64,000 bases of DNA from assembly GCA_903813345.2 (NCBI GenBank), contig CAIIXF020000001.1, positions 42,966,001 through 43,030,000 of the forward strand, read 5' to 3'. A program made the position numbers and the translations under genes. Origin of the DNA: Owenia fusiformis (Eukaryota). Positions within the stretch are counted from its first letter, which is position 1. Each line of letters opens with the position of its first letter. The notes below the pieces were generated by a model, which saw nothing but the letters and a program-made list of their open reading frames with translations, was not told the DNA's origin and did no database searches. Positions 41,096 to 52,719 of this stretch are shown one piece after another.

Positions 41096-42220
41096 ACCTG
41101 GGTGTCATCACGAGCAGTCCGTGTTTGTGATCTCAACCCTAACCCAATGTTACAGCTTTTCTGCTGTTGCATTTGTGCATTCCCATTGCAATGGTGGGGT
41201 GTTGTTCCAGTCTGCTTTCACCAAACCGGGGAATGCTTCACTTCAACAAAAAAGCAGGCCATTACGCCCAGAATTCATACCTGAAAGCCAACTGTTTGGA
41301 TTGTGTTAAAATTTACATAGTTGGATGTTAGGGTTCGCCCCTGGGTCACAGCATGTAAAGTTTTGACATAGTTCTCATATAGCAACTTGGATTAAGGCAT
41401 GATATACTAAGTTTCCAAATGATGCACAAATGCCTATATTTTGGAATGAGAATAATTAGGCTGTGCAAAAGTGGAACATATTTTGTTTTCAATTTTCTTT
41501 GCTGCTTCCCCTAGGCCTAATAGTCTATGAGGAAGACTGACCTTAGCTTGTGCACCATGTAAGCATGGACTTCTAATCATTTGAAGTCCATGATGTAGGG
41601 TAGGCCATTAGACTATATCCTATTTAGTCTGAATTATATTCAGACTATAAGGCACCTATGTTAAAATTTGGTAATTATAAATATTTGTTTACATAGGAAG
41701 TGCTATTCAAAATGGCCGATTGGGTAAAATTCATTTGCACAATTTGTTACTTCAACTAGCTTTATTTCCACTTGACAATATGCTGTGTTACATTTTATTG
41801 CATTTAATTGTACCTTACTATTTAATTGAAATTTTGTAATGTTTATTTTATTGAGGAAATGGTTCCTCTAATTGATAATTTTGTGCAAAAAATTTCACTG
41901 CAATTTCCACAGGAAAGTAGTACATCATAACAGACTGACTTCTAGTCAGTCTGTTGGATACATACTAGGTAGGCCATGGGCTCCAGGGTACATGGGTAGG
42001 CCAATGGGTCATTTACTACTTGTATCGAAATTGTCTAAAGTCATTTCAATGTCACATGTAAGTATAGTGTCTAGGTTCTGACCGTGATAATCTTCGGTTG
42101 CAAGCCAAAACTCGTTATGAAACCGATGTAGGGGTCACTGCAAGCAAGGTCGCGGTCTCATGATTGACCTATTTCTATTTTACCTCCTATTTTGGAGAGC
42201 TAAATCAAAATTTTGGAGTC

Positions 42221-42623
42221 GGGGCAATCTGCGCGAGATTCGGTTTTTACTTGGTTCGGTTTTTCATTAAAGGAAGTACTTCATTCCCATGATTCAAAGT
42301 GCTTTTCTGCCATCGGTTCGGTTTAAGTTTGTACAACATACATCTACAAATCCGGGGCAGGTTGATATTATGTCATTACATTTGTTTTGGGTGCTTACTT
42401 TTTGTTTTGACAATAAACAAAAAAAATCCCGCACTATATGGTGCATCATGGGTAGGGACTGCTGTGAAAAAATGAACGTAAGTGACATCTATCTCAAATT
42501 AAATGTTCCTATAAGTTATTAATTGCGCATGCGTTATAATAATTTGAACCAATTAAATTGCTGGATTTATTGCGCATTCGCTAGAAACCGAACCAAAAAA
42601 TGGAATCTCGCGCAGATTGCCTC
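42221..42623. mobile_element. MITE with ggggcaatctgcgcgagattc TIRs; diverged local duplicate at ~43111-43413
   Basis: TIR pair ggggcaatctgcgcgagattc / gaatctcgcgcagattgcctc; the second copy shares internal sequence and flanks. Confidence 0.68.
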
Positions 42624-43790
42624 TAGTGAAATTTTGAAAATATTTTGGAAAATCTTGAGAAATTATTGTCAAATTTGACCGATTCCTGGACAATGTACGT
42701 ATATATATAGACACATATAGAAGTATTACACAGTTAATAATATTTTTTAGAATTTATCAAGCTAATAAACGTTTTAGTTCATTTAAAGTTTCAAAAAGAG
42801 TTTGCCCGCCCAATTTTAATTTTTATGTGGGTGATAATTTGCACAGGCGATCTATCGATAGATTTTCAGGTTGTTGTTTTGAGGTGGTTGTTTTGCATAA
42901 CGGCAATTTTCCACTGTGTTCTTTGTTTTTCTTACTTGCTGCTTGTACTTATATATCACTTGGTTCCAAATTACCTTCTTCCAAGGCCACTATATCGTGG
43001 CTTTCGTCCACAGATAAATCACTGCATGTTTTTACTCTGCCTGATGTGAGTCATGTCCCTGTATTGGGTCATGTTGTTATCATAAAATTTGAAATCAAAT
43101 GTTTTGAGTCGGGGCGATCTGAGCAAAATTCAGTATTTACTTGGTTCGGTTTTTCAGTAAGTACTTCATTCCCATCAAAGTGCTTTTCTGCCATCGGTTC
43201 AGTTTAAGTTTGTACAACACACGTCTATAAATCGGGGGGAGGTTGATGTTATGTCATTACATTTGTTTTGGGTTACACTTTTTGTTTTGGCACTAAACAA
43301 AAATATTCCCGCACTATAATGGTGCGTCATGGGTAGGGACTGCTGTGAAATAATGAATGTAAGTGACATCTATCTCAAATCAAATGCTCTTACAAGATTA
43401 TACAGATTGCCTCTTGTGAATGTTCGCCGTTTATCCCCATCACAATTTGAATTGCGAGTTTTGGTCTTATTTCCTCACCAAAAATTCCAAAACACATGAA
43501 GTGATCAATGTAATAGTTCACATCTTCTGGATCGCTAACTTAGAATTTACAGCCAGTTACTAACTGAGTAATGTCAGACGTTAACAACATTTCGTCCAGT
43601 TTTCGAATATCGCCATTTTTCTTGGAGCCGTTTGTTTAAATCTTAGATGAAATCCTGACTTAATCATGCAATATCTCATCAAGGAGCCCAGCCAGTTCCA
43701 TTTTAATTCGCGAGTAAAAAATTCAGATACTGTTAGCGGGAGTGCTCACTTTTCAACAATGTGTTTTTTGAATAAATAAAAGCTATTTGT

Positions 43791-44578
43791 TTATCTTGTT
43801 CCAACACCATCCTCTTCGTTCCTGGTCTTGGAGGGGATCCATTGAAACACACGTTATTTTTCAAAAGTTGAAATTTAACAGCGTTAGGTACGCATATATT
43901 TCTTACCTCTATCGACTCTTAACACCAAAAGAAATGTTCTCCCAAAGCCAGAAAAGACGCGGCTGTCTCAAATTGCAGTAATATACACTTCAATTTACGA
44001 GTTGACCAGTATTCAGCTTATTTCAAAATGTCTGCCATGAACATTTCATCCAGTGCCTACATTTCAATCTCTTTTTTCCCGGGAACATTATCCTTCAAAC
44101 TTGAGAAATTATTTCGCTCAATTAATACAGAATCAAGTCAACCAACATTGATAAATCGTGAGTAACGATGTATTTGAATGATTTCACCGGAAATTGCTGT
44201 TGTATTTGACGTGTTGTTAGGTAAAATGCAAGGAAATTCCCTCGGCTGATCGGTGTCAGCCAACGCTGAATGTTTTCTTCATTTATATATTACTACGCGT
44301 TGTGTAAGTTAAAGTAGTCTGAAAGTGACGTCAACAAATTCATGGATGACATTTTGGAAAACTGGTCAATTTGAAGTTTGAAGTGTATATAACTGCGATT
44401 TGAGACAGCCGCAACTTTTCTGCCTTTAGAAGAATGTTTCTTGTGATGTTAAGAATCGATAGAGGTAAGAAATTTGTGCGTAGCTATCGCCGATAAATTT
44501 CAACTTTTGAAAAAGAATGTGTGCTTGAATGGATCCCCCCCAAGACTAGAACGTAGAGATAGTTTTGGAACGAGATAA
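43791..44578. mobile_element. Mutator-like (MULE) non-autonomous element, ~200-bp TIRs, 9-bp TSD
   Basis: GCTATTTGT direct repeat at 43782-43790 and 44579-44587; arms 43791-43993 and 44378-44578 are inverted. Confidence 0.8.
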
Positions 44579-44688
44579 GCTATTTGTAACTTGTTACTAT
44601 GATCATAAGAATGTAACTCTTTGATTTGTAATGTGTACATTATACATATATTTTAGATATTGAATATACTAGTATATAGAAAATCATC

Positions 44689-44864
44689 ATGAGTGGGTCA
44701 CGCTTCGTTGAAATGCTACGCCAGATTAACTATCCAGGCGTGGACAAGCTGGACAGTAAGAGTTTTGATTGGCTGTTTGAATATGATGAGACTCTACCCT
44801 TCCTGGAATGGACGTGTGACAACCTCCAATCAGCAAATGTTTTAAGCAGCAGAGAAATAGAAGA
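44689..44864 (+). CDS. HAUS3: HAUS augmin-like complex subunit 3, coding exon 1
   Basis: MSGSRFVEMLRQINYPGVDKLDSKSFDWLFEYDETLPFLEWTCDNLQSANVLSSREIE resembles the HAUS3 N-terminus (F..L..I.YP...FDWLFE...FL.W.C.N....NVLS). Donor GA|gtaagt. Missed by the ORF track. Confidence 0.9.
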
Positions 44865-44872
44865 GTAAGTTT

Positions 44873-45250
44873 CTACATGTACTTGTGCTTATAACTTGTA
44901 CATGTAGCACCTTCATGTACTTGTGCTTATAACTTGTACATGTAGCATCTACATGTAATTGTACTTATAACTTGTACATGTAGCATCTACATGTACTTGT
45001 GCTTATAACTTGTACATGTAGCATCTACATGTACTTGTACTTATAACTTGTACATGTAGCATCTACATGTACTTGTGCTTATAACTTGTACGTGTAGCAT
45101 CTACATGTACTTGTACTTATAACTTGTATATGTAGCATCTACGTGTACTTGTACTTATAACTTGTACATGTAGCATCTACATGTACTTGTACTTATAACT
45201 TGTACATGTAGCATCTACATGTACTTGTACTTATAACTTGTACATGTAGC
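44873..45250. repeat. 38-bp minisatellite, ~10 copies, 8 nt after the HAUS3 exon 1 donor
   Basis: ctacatgtacttgtrcttataacttgtacatgtagcat. Confidence 0.94.
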
Positions 45251-45550
45251 TTGTATTTTCCCTTGAGTATATGAGATTCATTGGAGCCCAATGCAAATCT
45301 AAACAAAATTCTTTTCACAATTATTTGTTTGATTTTATTTTGGTATGAGGTATTAAATTCCACATATTAATTTACTGGTTTTGTTAATAGCAGAGATGAT
45401 AAAGCTTTTCATCTCATTATATCCTTAACATTTTGCTTATTATCTGGACAAAGTCAAATTCGTTGTGCACTTTTTGGAAACATAAATATTTAGGGGAATG
45501 CTCATTGTCTCTCGAAAAAGAAACATGTAAAGTTTTGTTGTGTGTTTCAG

Positions 45551-45661
45551 ATTCAAAAAGTTAAAGCAGCAAGGAGGTGGTATCTTAGAGGGTGAGCACT
45601 TGAATAAGGCCTTACATGAAGTTGTCGACACTGGAGAAGATTGCAGTGAAGGTGCTCTTAG
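45551..45661 (+). CDS. HAUS3: HAUS3 exon 2
   Basis: gtttcag|EFKKLKQQGGGILEGEHLNKALHEVVDTGEDCSEGAL|gtaggt; ILEG..L..AL motif; phase 2 to 2. Confidence 0.88.
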
Positions 45662-46251
45662 GTAGGTCTTGATAATCATATACTGATTCAGTAAAGTATG
45701 TATATAGGAACACATATCTAATCTGAAAACCGCTCAATGTGAATACTTTTTTGGTTTCAATTTCTAAATCTGCCAGAGTCTGTATTGTAAAATTTCTTAA
45801 TATGAACACCTGCCAATACAAACACTTCTGGCCAGTCTCAGTGGTGTTCAGATTTGACAGGTTTTACTGTACCTTTATTACATAAAGAGAGCCCCAGGTG
45901 ATTTTAAAATTCAAATTATCAGTCAAATTCAGCACTAATCAAACTTATCATCTGTATTATTCTGAATTGGGTATTCTATAAAATGTGAATGCCAACTGTG
46001 TACTATGTTCAAACTATGATGTCTTGTTATGGAAATAATGCTATTACTATCACTCCCTTCCCTCTTCCTATTGGAGAAATGGGGTGAATCCAGGAAAAGA
46101 GGCTCATTCAAATAAGATGGCAGAACCGAGGAATCCTCAACAACCCAAGAATCTGTGACATCTCTGTAAAACATCCTGGAATCTAGAAAGTTAGAAAACA
46201 TTTATATTCACCACGAGCAAATGTTTCAAATCCTCTATATATTGTTTCTAG

Positions 46252-46335
46252 GGAAGAAGTAAATCTGATGACTAATAAACTTAAAAGATCGAAGAAACGC
46301 AAGGAGAAATTAATTCAACAAAGAAACAAACTCAG
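46252..46335 (+). CDS. HAUS3: HAUS3 exon 3
   Basis: tttctag|REEVNLMTNKLKRSKKRKEKLIQQRNKL|gtaaga; phase 2 to 2. Confidence 0.85.
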
Positions 46336-46680
46336 GTAAGACACCAGGTGATCATTACTTTGCATTGTAAAGTTAAGAATTCTTAAATCCAATGTTTTAA
46401 CTTTGGATATAATGACGCCATAGTGATTTTATGAAGTTTCGTCTGAATGGCTTGTGAAGGACTTGGACCTATTCAATTATGCAGTAGACTACAGGGAAGT
46501 TTGAATTGATCTAGTTTTGCCAAATTGTGCCAAAAAATCATAATTTCTCACCAGATTGTTTGTAGTAGTATCAGAAGTTCACCTATACTTCAAAGAAAAT
46601 TTTACTTATAAACTACTGGTATTACCACAAAACAACAGTCTGACCAGAATCAATGTTTTCATTGGTAAATATAAAAAGAT

Positions 46681-47204
46681 GTCTATGCCTGCATTGTTGT
46701 AGTTTACATTACACTGGCTTGGGTCATAAAGTGTCCAGGTTAGGTGAATATGTCTGTATGCCTGTATTGTTGTTGTAGTTTACATTACACTGGCTTGGGT
46801 CATAAAGTGTCCAGGTTAGGTGAATATGTCTGTATGCCTGTATTGTTGTTGTAGTTTACATTACACTGGCTTGGGTCATAAAGTGTCCAGGCTAGGTGAA
46901 TATGTCTGTATGCCTGTATTGTTGTTGTAGTTTACATTACACTGGCTTGGGTCATAAAGTGTCCAGGTTAGGTGAATATGTCTGTATGCCTGTATTGTTG
47001 TTGTAGTTTACATTACACTGGCTTGGGTCATAAAGTGTCCAGGCTAGGTGAATATGTCTGTTTGCCTGTATTGTTGTTGTAGTTTACATTACACTGGCTT
47101 GGGTCATAAAGTGTCCAGGTTAGGTGAATATGTCTGTTTGCCTGTATTGTTGTTGTAGTTTACATTACACTGGCTTGGGTCATAAAGTGTCCAGGTTAGG
47201 TGAA
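46681..47204 (+). repeat. 76-bp tandem repeat x7 spanning the HAUS3 intron 3/exon 4 junction
   Basis: ttgtag|tttacattacactggcttgggtcataaagtgtccagg recurs with the post-AG base at 46703, 46779, 46855, 46931, 47007, 47083 and 47159. Confidence 0.95.
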
Positions 47205-47270
47205 GTAGAAGACAGAGGCAAGAGAGACTATTCAGAATGCCTACAACAAAGTCAGGCTGATAACACGCAG
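47159..47270 (+). CDS. HAUS3: HAUS3 exon 4 (its 5' part is the last copy of a 76-bp tandem repeat)
   Basis: gttgtag|SLHYTGLGHKVSRLGEVEDRGKRDYSECLQQSQADNTQ|gttagc; phase 2 to 0, links exons 3 and 5 in frame. Confidence 0.82.
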
Positions 47271-47469
47271 GTTAGCTACCATACTTAAAGGCCATTTTCT
47301 TACTCCACCTATTAAAGACTCTTTTACAAACTCATCTCTGAAGGTAGGCTACGTCTTAGCATGGACTTCTATTTACAGAGTTCCTTTGGTCACATATAAC
47401 CATACTGATAAACAAATTTAACGACCATTCAGATAATTTATATGAATATACATTGTAATATTCTTTTAG

Positions 47470-47670
47470 ATCAACCGTTCCCTTGAAAGGCTCACAAAGA
47501 GTGTACAAGATATGACATCACTGTATAACCAGCCTACACAATGGGACCCCAGTACTAGTGATGGTGAGGGGCCCATGTTCCTCTCCCAAATGTCCCTGGA
47601 TAGCTACCACAACATGGAAGATAAATTCACACAGGCTCTGACAGCACACACTAAGAAACAGTTCTTTGAG
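47470..47670 (+). CDS. HAUS3: HAUS3 exon 5
   Basis: cttttag|INRSLERLTKSVQDMTSLYNQ...MFLSQMSLDSYHNMEDKFTQALTAHTKKQFFE|gtacag; FLSQ..L..Y and TKKQFF motifs. Confidence 0.9.
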
Positions 47671-47917
47671 GTACAGTAGTTCTTTAGTGGATTGAAACAA
47701 TTTATTTTCATGCATTTGTAATTCTACATGTCTAATTATAATCCACTTTTATAGTCAGTAGCAATTACTTAATGAATGTACATTACAGTTTACTTTAATG
47801 ATTAAAATGTTGGTTTTTGCCTATTATGGTATATTTAGGAAGTGCAAAAGCTATAATATATTGGTGTATTACATATGTATGCTATAAGAAGTGAAACACA
47901 AAGAAATGTACAGTTTA

Positions 47918-49299
47918 TTATCCCATCGAACGAAGTTCGGAGGGATATAGGGAACGCCTCCGTCCGTCCGTACGTACGTCCGTTGTTCATATTTTGTACA
48001 CATATACCCTATGGGGGTAGAAAATCTGCTCGAAAGCCGATTTTCAAAATGGCTGCTCATTTCAAAATGGCGGCCATTTTAGTGCAGATTTTACAGTTAT
48101 TTAGGTGCAATATGTAAAACTGTAATAGCAATATGTTTTAAATGTAAAAAAATTATAAAGGACATTAATAAAGCTACAAATATAGATATTAAAAAAGCAC
48201 ATGGCAGCCATCTTGAAAAATGGTGGCCTTCACTCGTTATTTTACGATTTTTGCTGTAACCCGAAAAGTAGTGGAGCGATTTTGATCATATTTGGTATGT
48301 GAATACTATAAACATTGCACACTGTCTAAAGACTCTTTTGGTAGAAGGTGGCCATTTTTCAAAATGGCCGCCATTTTAACGTTTTTTACTTTAACTCGAA
48401 AAGTAGTGGAGCGATTTTGTTCATATTTGGTATGTGAATACTATAAGCATGGCACACTGTCCTATGACACTTTTGGTAGAAGGCGGCCATTTTGAAAAAA
48501 AATTTGAAAAATGGCCGCCATTTTAACATATTTTACTATAACCCGAAAAGTAGTGTAGCGATTTTGTTCATATTTAGTATGTGAATACTATAAGCATGGC
48601 ACACTGTCTAAAGACACTTTTGGTAGAAGGTGGCCATTTTGAAAAATGGCCACCATTTTAACGTATTTTACTAAAACTCGAAAAGTAGTGGAGCGATTTT
48701 GTTTATATTTGGTATGTGAATACTAAAAGCATGGCACACTGTCTAATGACACTTTTGGTAGAAGGTGGCCATTTTTAAAAATGGCCCCATTTTAACGTAA
48801 TTTATTATAACTTGAAAAGTAGTGAAGCGATTTTGTTCATAATTTGTGAATACTCATGAGCCTTGCACACTGTCTCATGACACTTCGGATAGTAGGTGGC
48901 CATTTTAAAAAATGGCTGTCATTTTACATTTTTTACTATAACTCGAAAAGTAGTGGAGCGATTTTGTTCATATTTGATATGTGAATACTCTAAGCATGGC
49001 ACATTGTCTAATAAAACTTTGGGGAGTAGTCGGCCATTTTGAAAAATGGCCTCCATTTTTATGTGTGTTATTTTACAAGTACATGTGTGCGATTTTTATT
49101 CAAAAATTTTTCAGGTGGCTTCTTTAAAGCATATTATTTCTTCTGATGACAACTTGGCTAGTGAGCAACCATTGTGAAAATGGTGGCCTATCTGGTGTGT
49201 TGTTTTATATGATATTTGCTATATATTTCGTTTGTAAAAATGCCAGCCATTTCTGTTCGATGGGATTCGCTACGCTTTGGCGTTGCCGTTGTTCTGGTT
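47918..49299 (+). mobile_element. HINE-like family B, copy 3 (inverted, ~6 internal units) in HAUS3 intron 5
   Basis: Reverse complement of the 20662-21572 termini and internal units. Confidence 0.8.
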
Positions 49300-49453
49300 T
49301 TACGATTAATCAGCTTATGGGTCAATAACAGCTACTCCATATTCATATTTGATGAGTAGACTTGAAATACGAATGGCACCAATTGTGATAAATGGAATGA
49401 CAGTTAACATTTTATTTTTCCTGTTCATCTGTTTTTTCTATGTGTCTCTATAG

Positions 49454-49599
49454 GGTATTGCTGATATGGCGGGTGGCCAGGAAGATAATCTAAGGCTCCA
49501 GATTCTTGATGCTGCAGATGCAGAGACTTTACTAGTTAAGGGAGAAAAGGCACATGTCAATGAGGAGAATAAAGATGAACTGGAAAGATTACAGGCTGT
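49454..49599 (+). CDS. HAUS3: HAUS3 exon 6
   Basis: ctctatag|GIADMAGGQEDNLRLQILDAADAETLLVKGEKAHVNEENKDELERLQA|gtaagt; phase 0 to 2. Confidence 0.87.
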
Positions 49600-49960
49600 G
49601 TAAGTATTAAACTAAGAGTAACATACCATACTAGATGCAAGTAGAAATAATCTTGATTTATTTCAATAAAAATTCAAAATTTATCCCATTTGAAGTCTAC
49701 ATGGAAAATTGCATCTAGAAATGTGGTTTAAAAAAGTATTTACCAACTTTGAAAATGTGACTTCTAGATCGGGGAGATTCCCCATAGACCCCATGTTACA
49801 AAATCACAAAAAGTGATCTATTTTTTTTTTTGTTAGGCAGATAATATTTTCATTTTGTTGGGCAGATAATATTTTTTTTAATTGGACATATTTTCGTTTG
49901 TAAAATTATCAGCCACATAAGGATTAATATATGAAAATTGATCCATTTAAACTGATAGTA

Positions 49961-50465
49961 CTGTAGATTGGGTTGATTTGGCGCTACTTAATTTGGCGAT
50001 TTTGCCATTTTTGGCATATTGGCGGCTATTTAATTTGGCGGATATGCAAAAAAAAATGTATACAATGTTATACTTGCGCGCTGTTAGCGAATTACTATGT
50101 AAATGGGCATGTTCATTTTTTAAAAGTCCTCAAAAGTTGAGGCCCATTGGCGATATTCACCACGTTTGTACATTTTTGTGAGATCATCCTTTACATTTTG
50201 CACCTCGATCGATGCTGCTACTATACATCACCGTTTCCCTGAGTATTAATGAGTGACTGACCAGTTCTAAGCCAATTTATGAGAGACATTTTTTCATATT
50301 TTTGGATAAAACTTAACCGGAAGTGACCTAAATACACTGGACGAAATACCCTAGATAATTCCCGGGGATTCATTCTAAATTTTGGCGAAGATTTATATTG
50401 GCGAATTTTGCAATTTCGCTAAATTCGCCAAATTAAAGCGGGCGCCAAATTAACCCAATCTACAG
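49961..50465. mobile_element. TA-flanked MITE related to 37411-37898
   Basis: TA|ctgtagattgggttgatttggcgc...gcgccaaattaacccaatctacag|TA; shares internal ccggaagt and cccggg blocks. Confidence 0.8.
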
Positions 50466-51943
50466 TATTCAAGTTTAAGGGAACTTTCTAATCAGCCACC
50501 TGGTGGTGAAACTGGTAACTGCCTACTCGCATCTGGGTTATAATTTAAAGGGACCCACCACCATGGTCACATGATCAGTCGTGTGGAGGTAAGCTCCCAG
50601 TTGAAATAAAAGCACTGTCCTCCTTTGGTTTCTGTGAAAAGTAGCTAATACCCTCATGTATTGGTCGGTTTGTGTGTCAACGACTAATCCATACCATATG
50701 CTTCATTCAACATATTTTATGCTAATGAGCTGCATATATAAACAGTACTTTGCAACTAAGGTCATACAGTATACTTACCCCTTGCAAATTGTAATTTATT
50801 GAATTCACAGTAAACCCATCAATTTTTAAGAAAACAAAGAATATTGTTCTCATGGATCGATTATTTATGTTAGACTAACTATGAAAATATAAATATGAAA
50901 TAATATGTTAGCTTGAAGTCATATATAAGATGAAAATATATGTTCATGCATTTGCATTTTTCCAAAGGGAATATTCCCATGTAAGTAAATACAGGTGCAA
51001 TATATAATTTAAATGTTTATCTATGTCATCTGTCTATACATGCGTGTATAGCCTAGTGTTACATGTGAACAAGATGGATCTGGAAAGAAATGAGCGTGGC
51101 AGATTTGCTAAAAAGCCACATACACCACAAAAGCAAGACCAATTTGAAAGTAAGTTCATTATTCTCAAGGGTACACTTAAAGTGAAAGCTACATTGCTAC
51201 AGGGTGGCCTATCATTCTGAGACAAATGTATTATCCAACGATTGTGATTTTCGAAGCTAAAATATGATATCTTGAGCAGATGGAAATACATTCCCATGAG
51301 ATATGTATATATAGTCAAAAGTGATAACTATTTATTGAGTGTAATGAAATGTATCCTTCGCTAACTGCTTTTGTTTGAGATAATTATCATGAAATATTTT
51401 TAAATTAATTTTTATGTGTGTCATTGATCCTAATCCACCCTGTAGTCTGGTGTTTGTAGAGCATTGCAACTCGTACAACTTATTCTCACAAATATCAAAC
51501 CTCATTTACTAATTAATTTTTTGTGTGAATATGAAGAGTCCAAGCATTGCTTTTTTCTGTTTATTGTATAGCTATATTTAGCCTTGATATCCATGATTTT
51601 TTAAAACAAAATCTCACTGTAAGATTTCGAGCTTTTCATGTTTACTCATTTGTCTAATTGGAAAACAATGCAAATCTCATTTTTCAAAAGAAAAAAATTG
51701 AAATTCTAAGACGGTGAAAAATCATTAAAAAATACACAGATTCAGAATCCGGCAAGCATTTTCCCTTATTCCTCTCCATTAAGAAGTTTTGTAAGGTGTT
51801 TGTAAAGCACCTGTAAATTGTCAGCCACTAAAATCTGCTGAAAGTGACATGAAGTTGACATTCTATTTTGTTGACCCATTTAGGTAGTATTTCTATACAA
51901 TGTTCTATACAATGAAAGCATTATCTCATTTGCAATATTTCAG

Positions 51944-52078
51944 ATATCCTAAAAGTGAGAAACTCAGGCTGAGTGCACAGATGGATGAAGCTGTTGCAAA
52001 GGCCCTGAATAACTATGCAGACAAGAAACTGTCAAGTCTTAGAGAGAACAGCAGGCCTCAAAATGTTAGACAGCTAAG
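51944..52078 (+). CDS. HAUS3: HAUS3 exon 7
   Basis: atttcag|VYPKSEKLRLSAQMDEAVAKALNNYADKKLSSLRENSRPQNVRQL|gtattg; phase 2 to 2. Confidence 0.85.
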
Positions 52079-52719
52079 GTATTGCACTACATTTCTTGTA
52101 AATAAATGCAATGTAATATGTTTACTTTGTTAACTTTGATACACTTTTGCATTTATGCACTTTTGTTATACAGAGTGACACAAATATGCAACCTCTCAAA
52201 ACATTCCAAAATAAGAGGGTTGTATTCTTGTGTTACCCTGTATCTCTCATTTCATGAGACAAATGTGCTGTTTTTTACAATGTGGTTGAGAAATGATACA
52301 TTTAGATGAAATATTTTGATTTTTGATTATTTATCTTGCATAGAATATAGAGCTATAACAGCAGACCTAATGTTTAATGAAAATCATAAACTGAAAACTG
52401 AACAGAAGGATTGTTTTGGGAGACTAGACAACAAATGTCCTGCATTCTGAAACAAATTGGCGAGAAAACTTGAATTTAACTCTATCCTACATAAAATCAC
52501 TTTATTTATGATTGCAAATTGGTTTATCCGTTGTGTTTCAGAACAGGTCATATCTTGAGAAGCAATAAAACGTAAGATTGTTATTCTTTGAAATCAAAAA
52601 AGTCCCATACAAGCACAATTTCATTTTACTGACCTTAATAGTTTTTTGGTTTTTAATCAGAACCAGCAACTTACGAGGGACTCCTTTTACCTTATTTCAT
52701 TCTCATGATATAATCAGAA

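Noticed and set aside
50545..51149. TTAA-AGGG end plus short ORF MDLERNERGRFAKK followed by a gtaagt donor, a possible transposon remnant
   Set aside because: No matching right terminus or downstream exon found; too short to assign.
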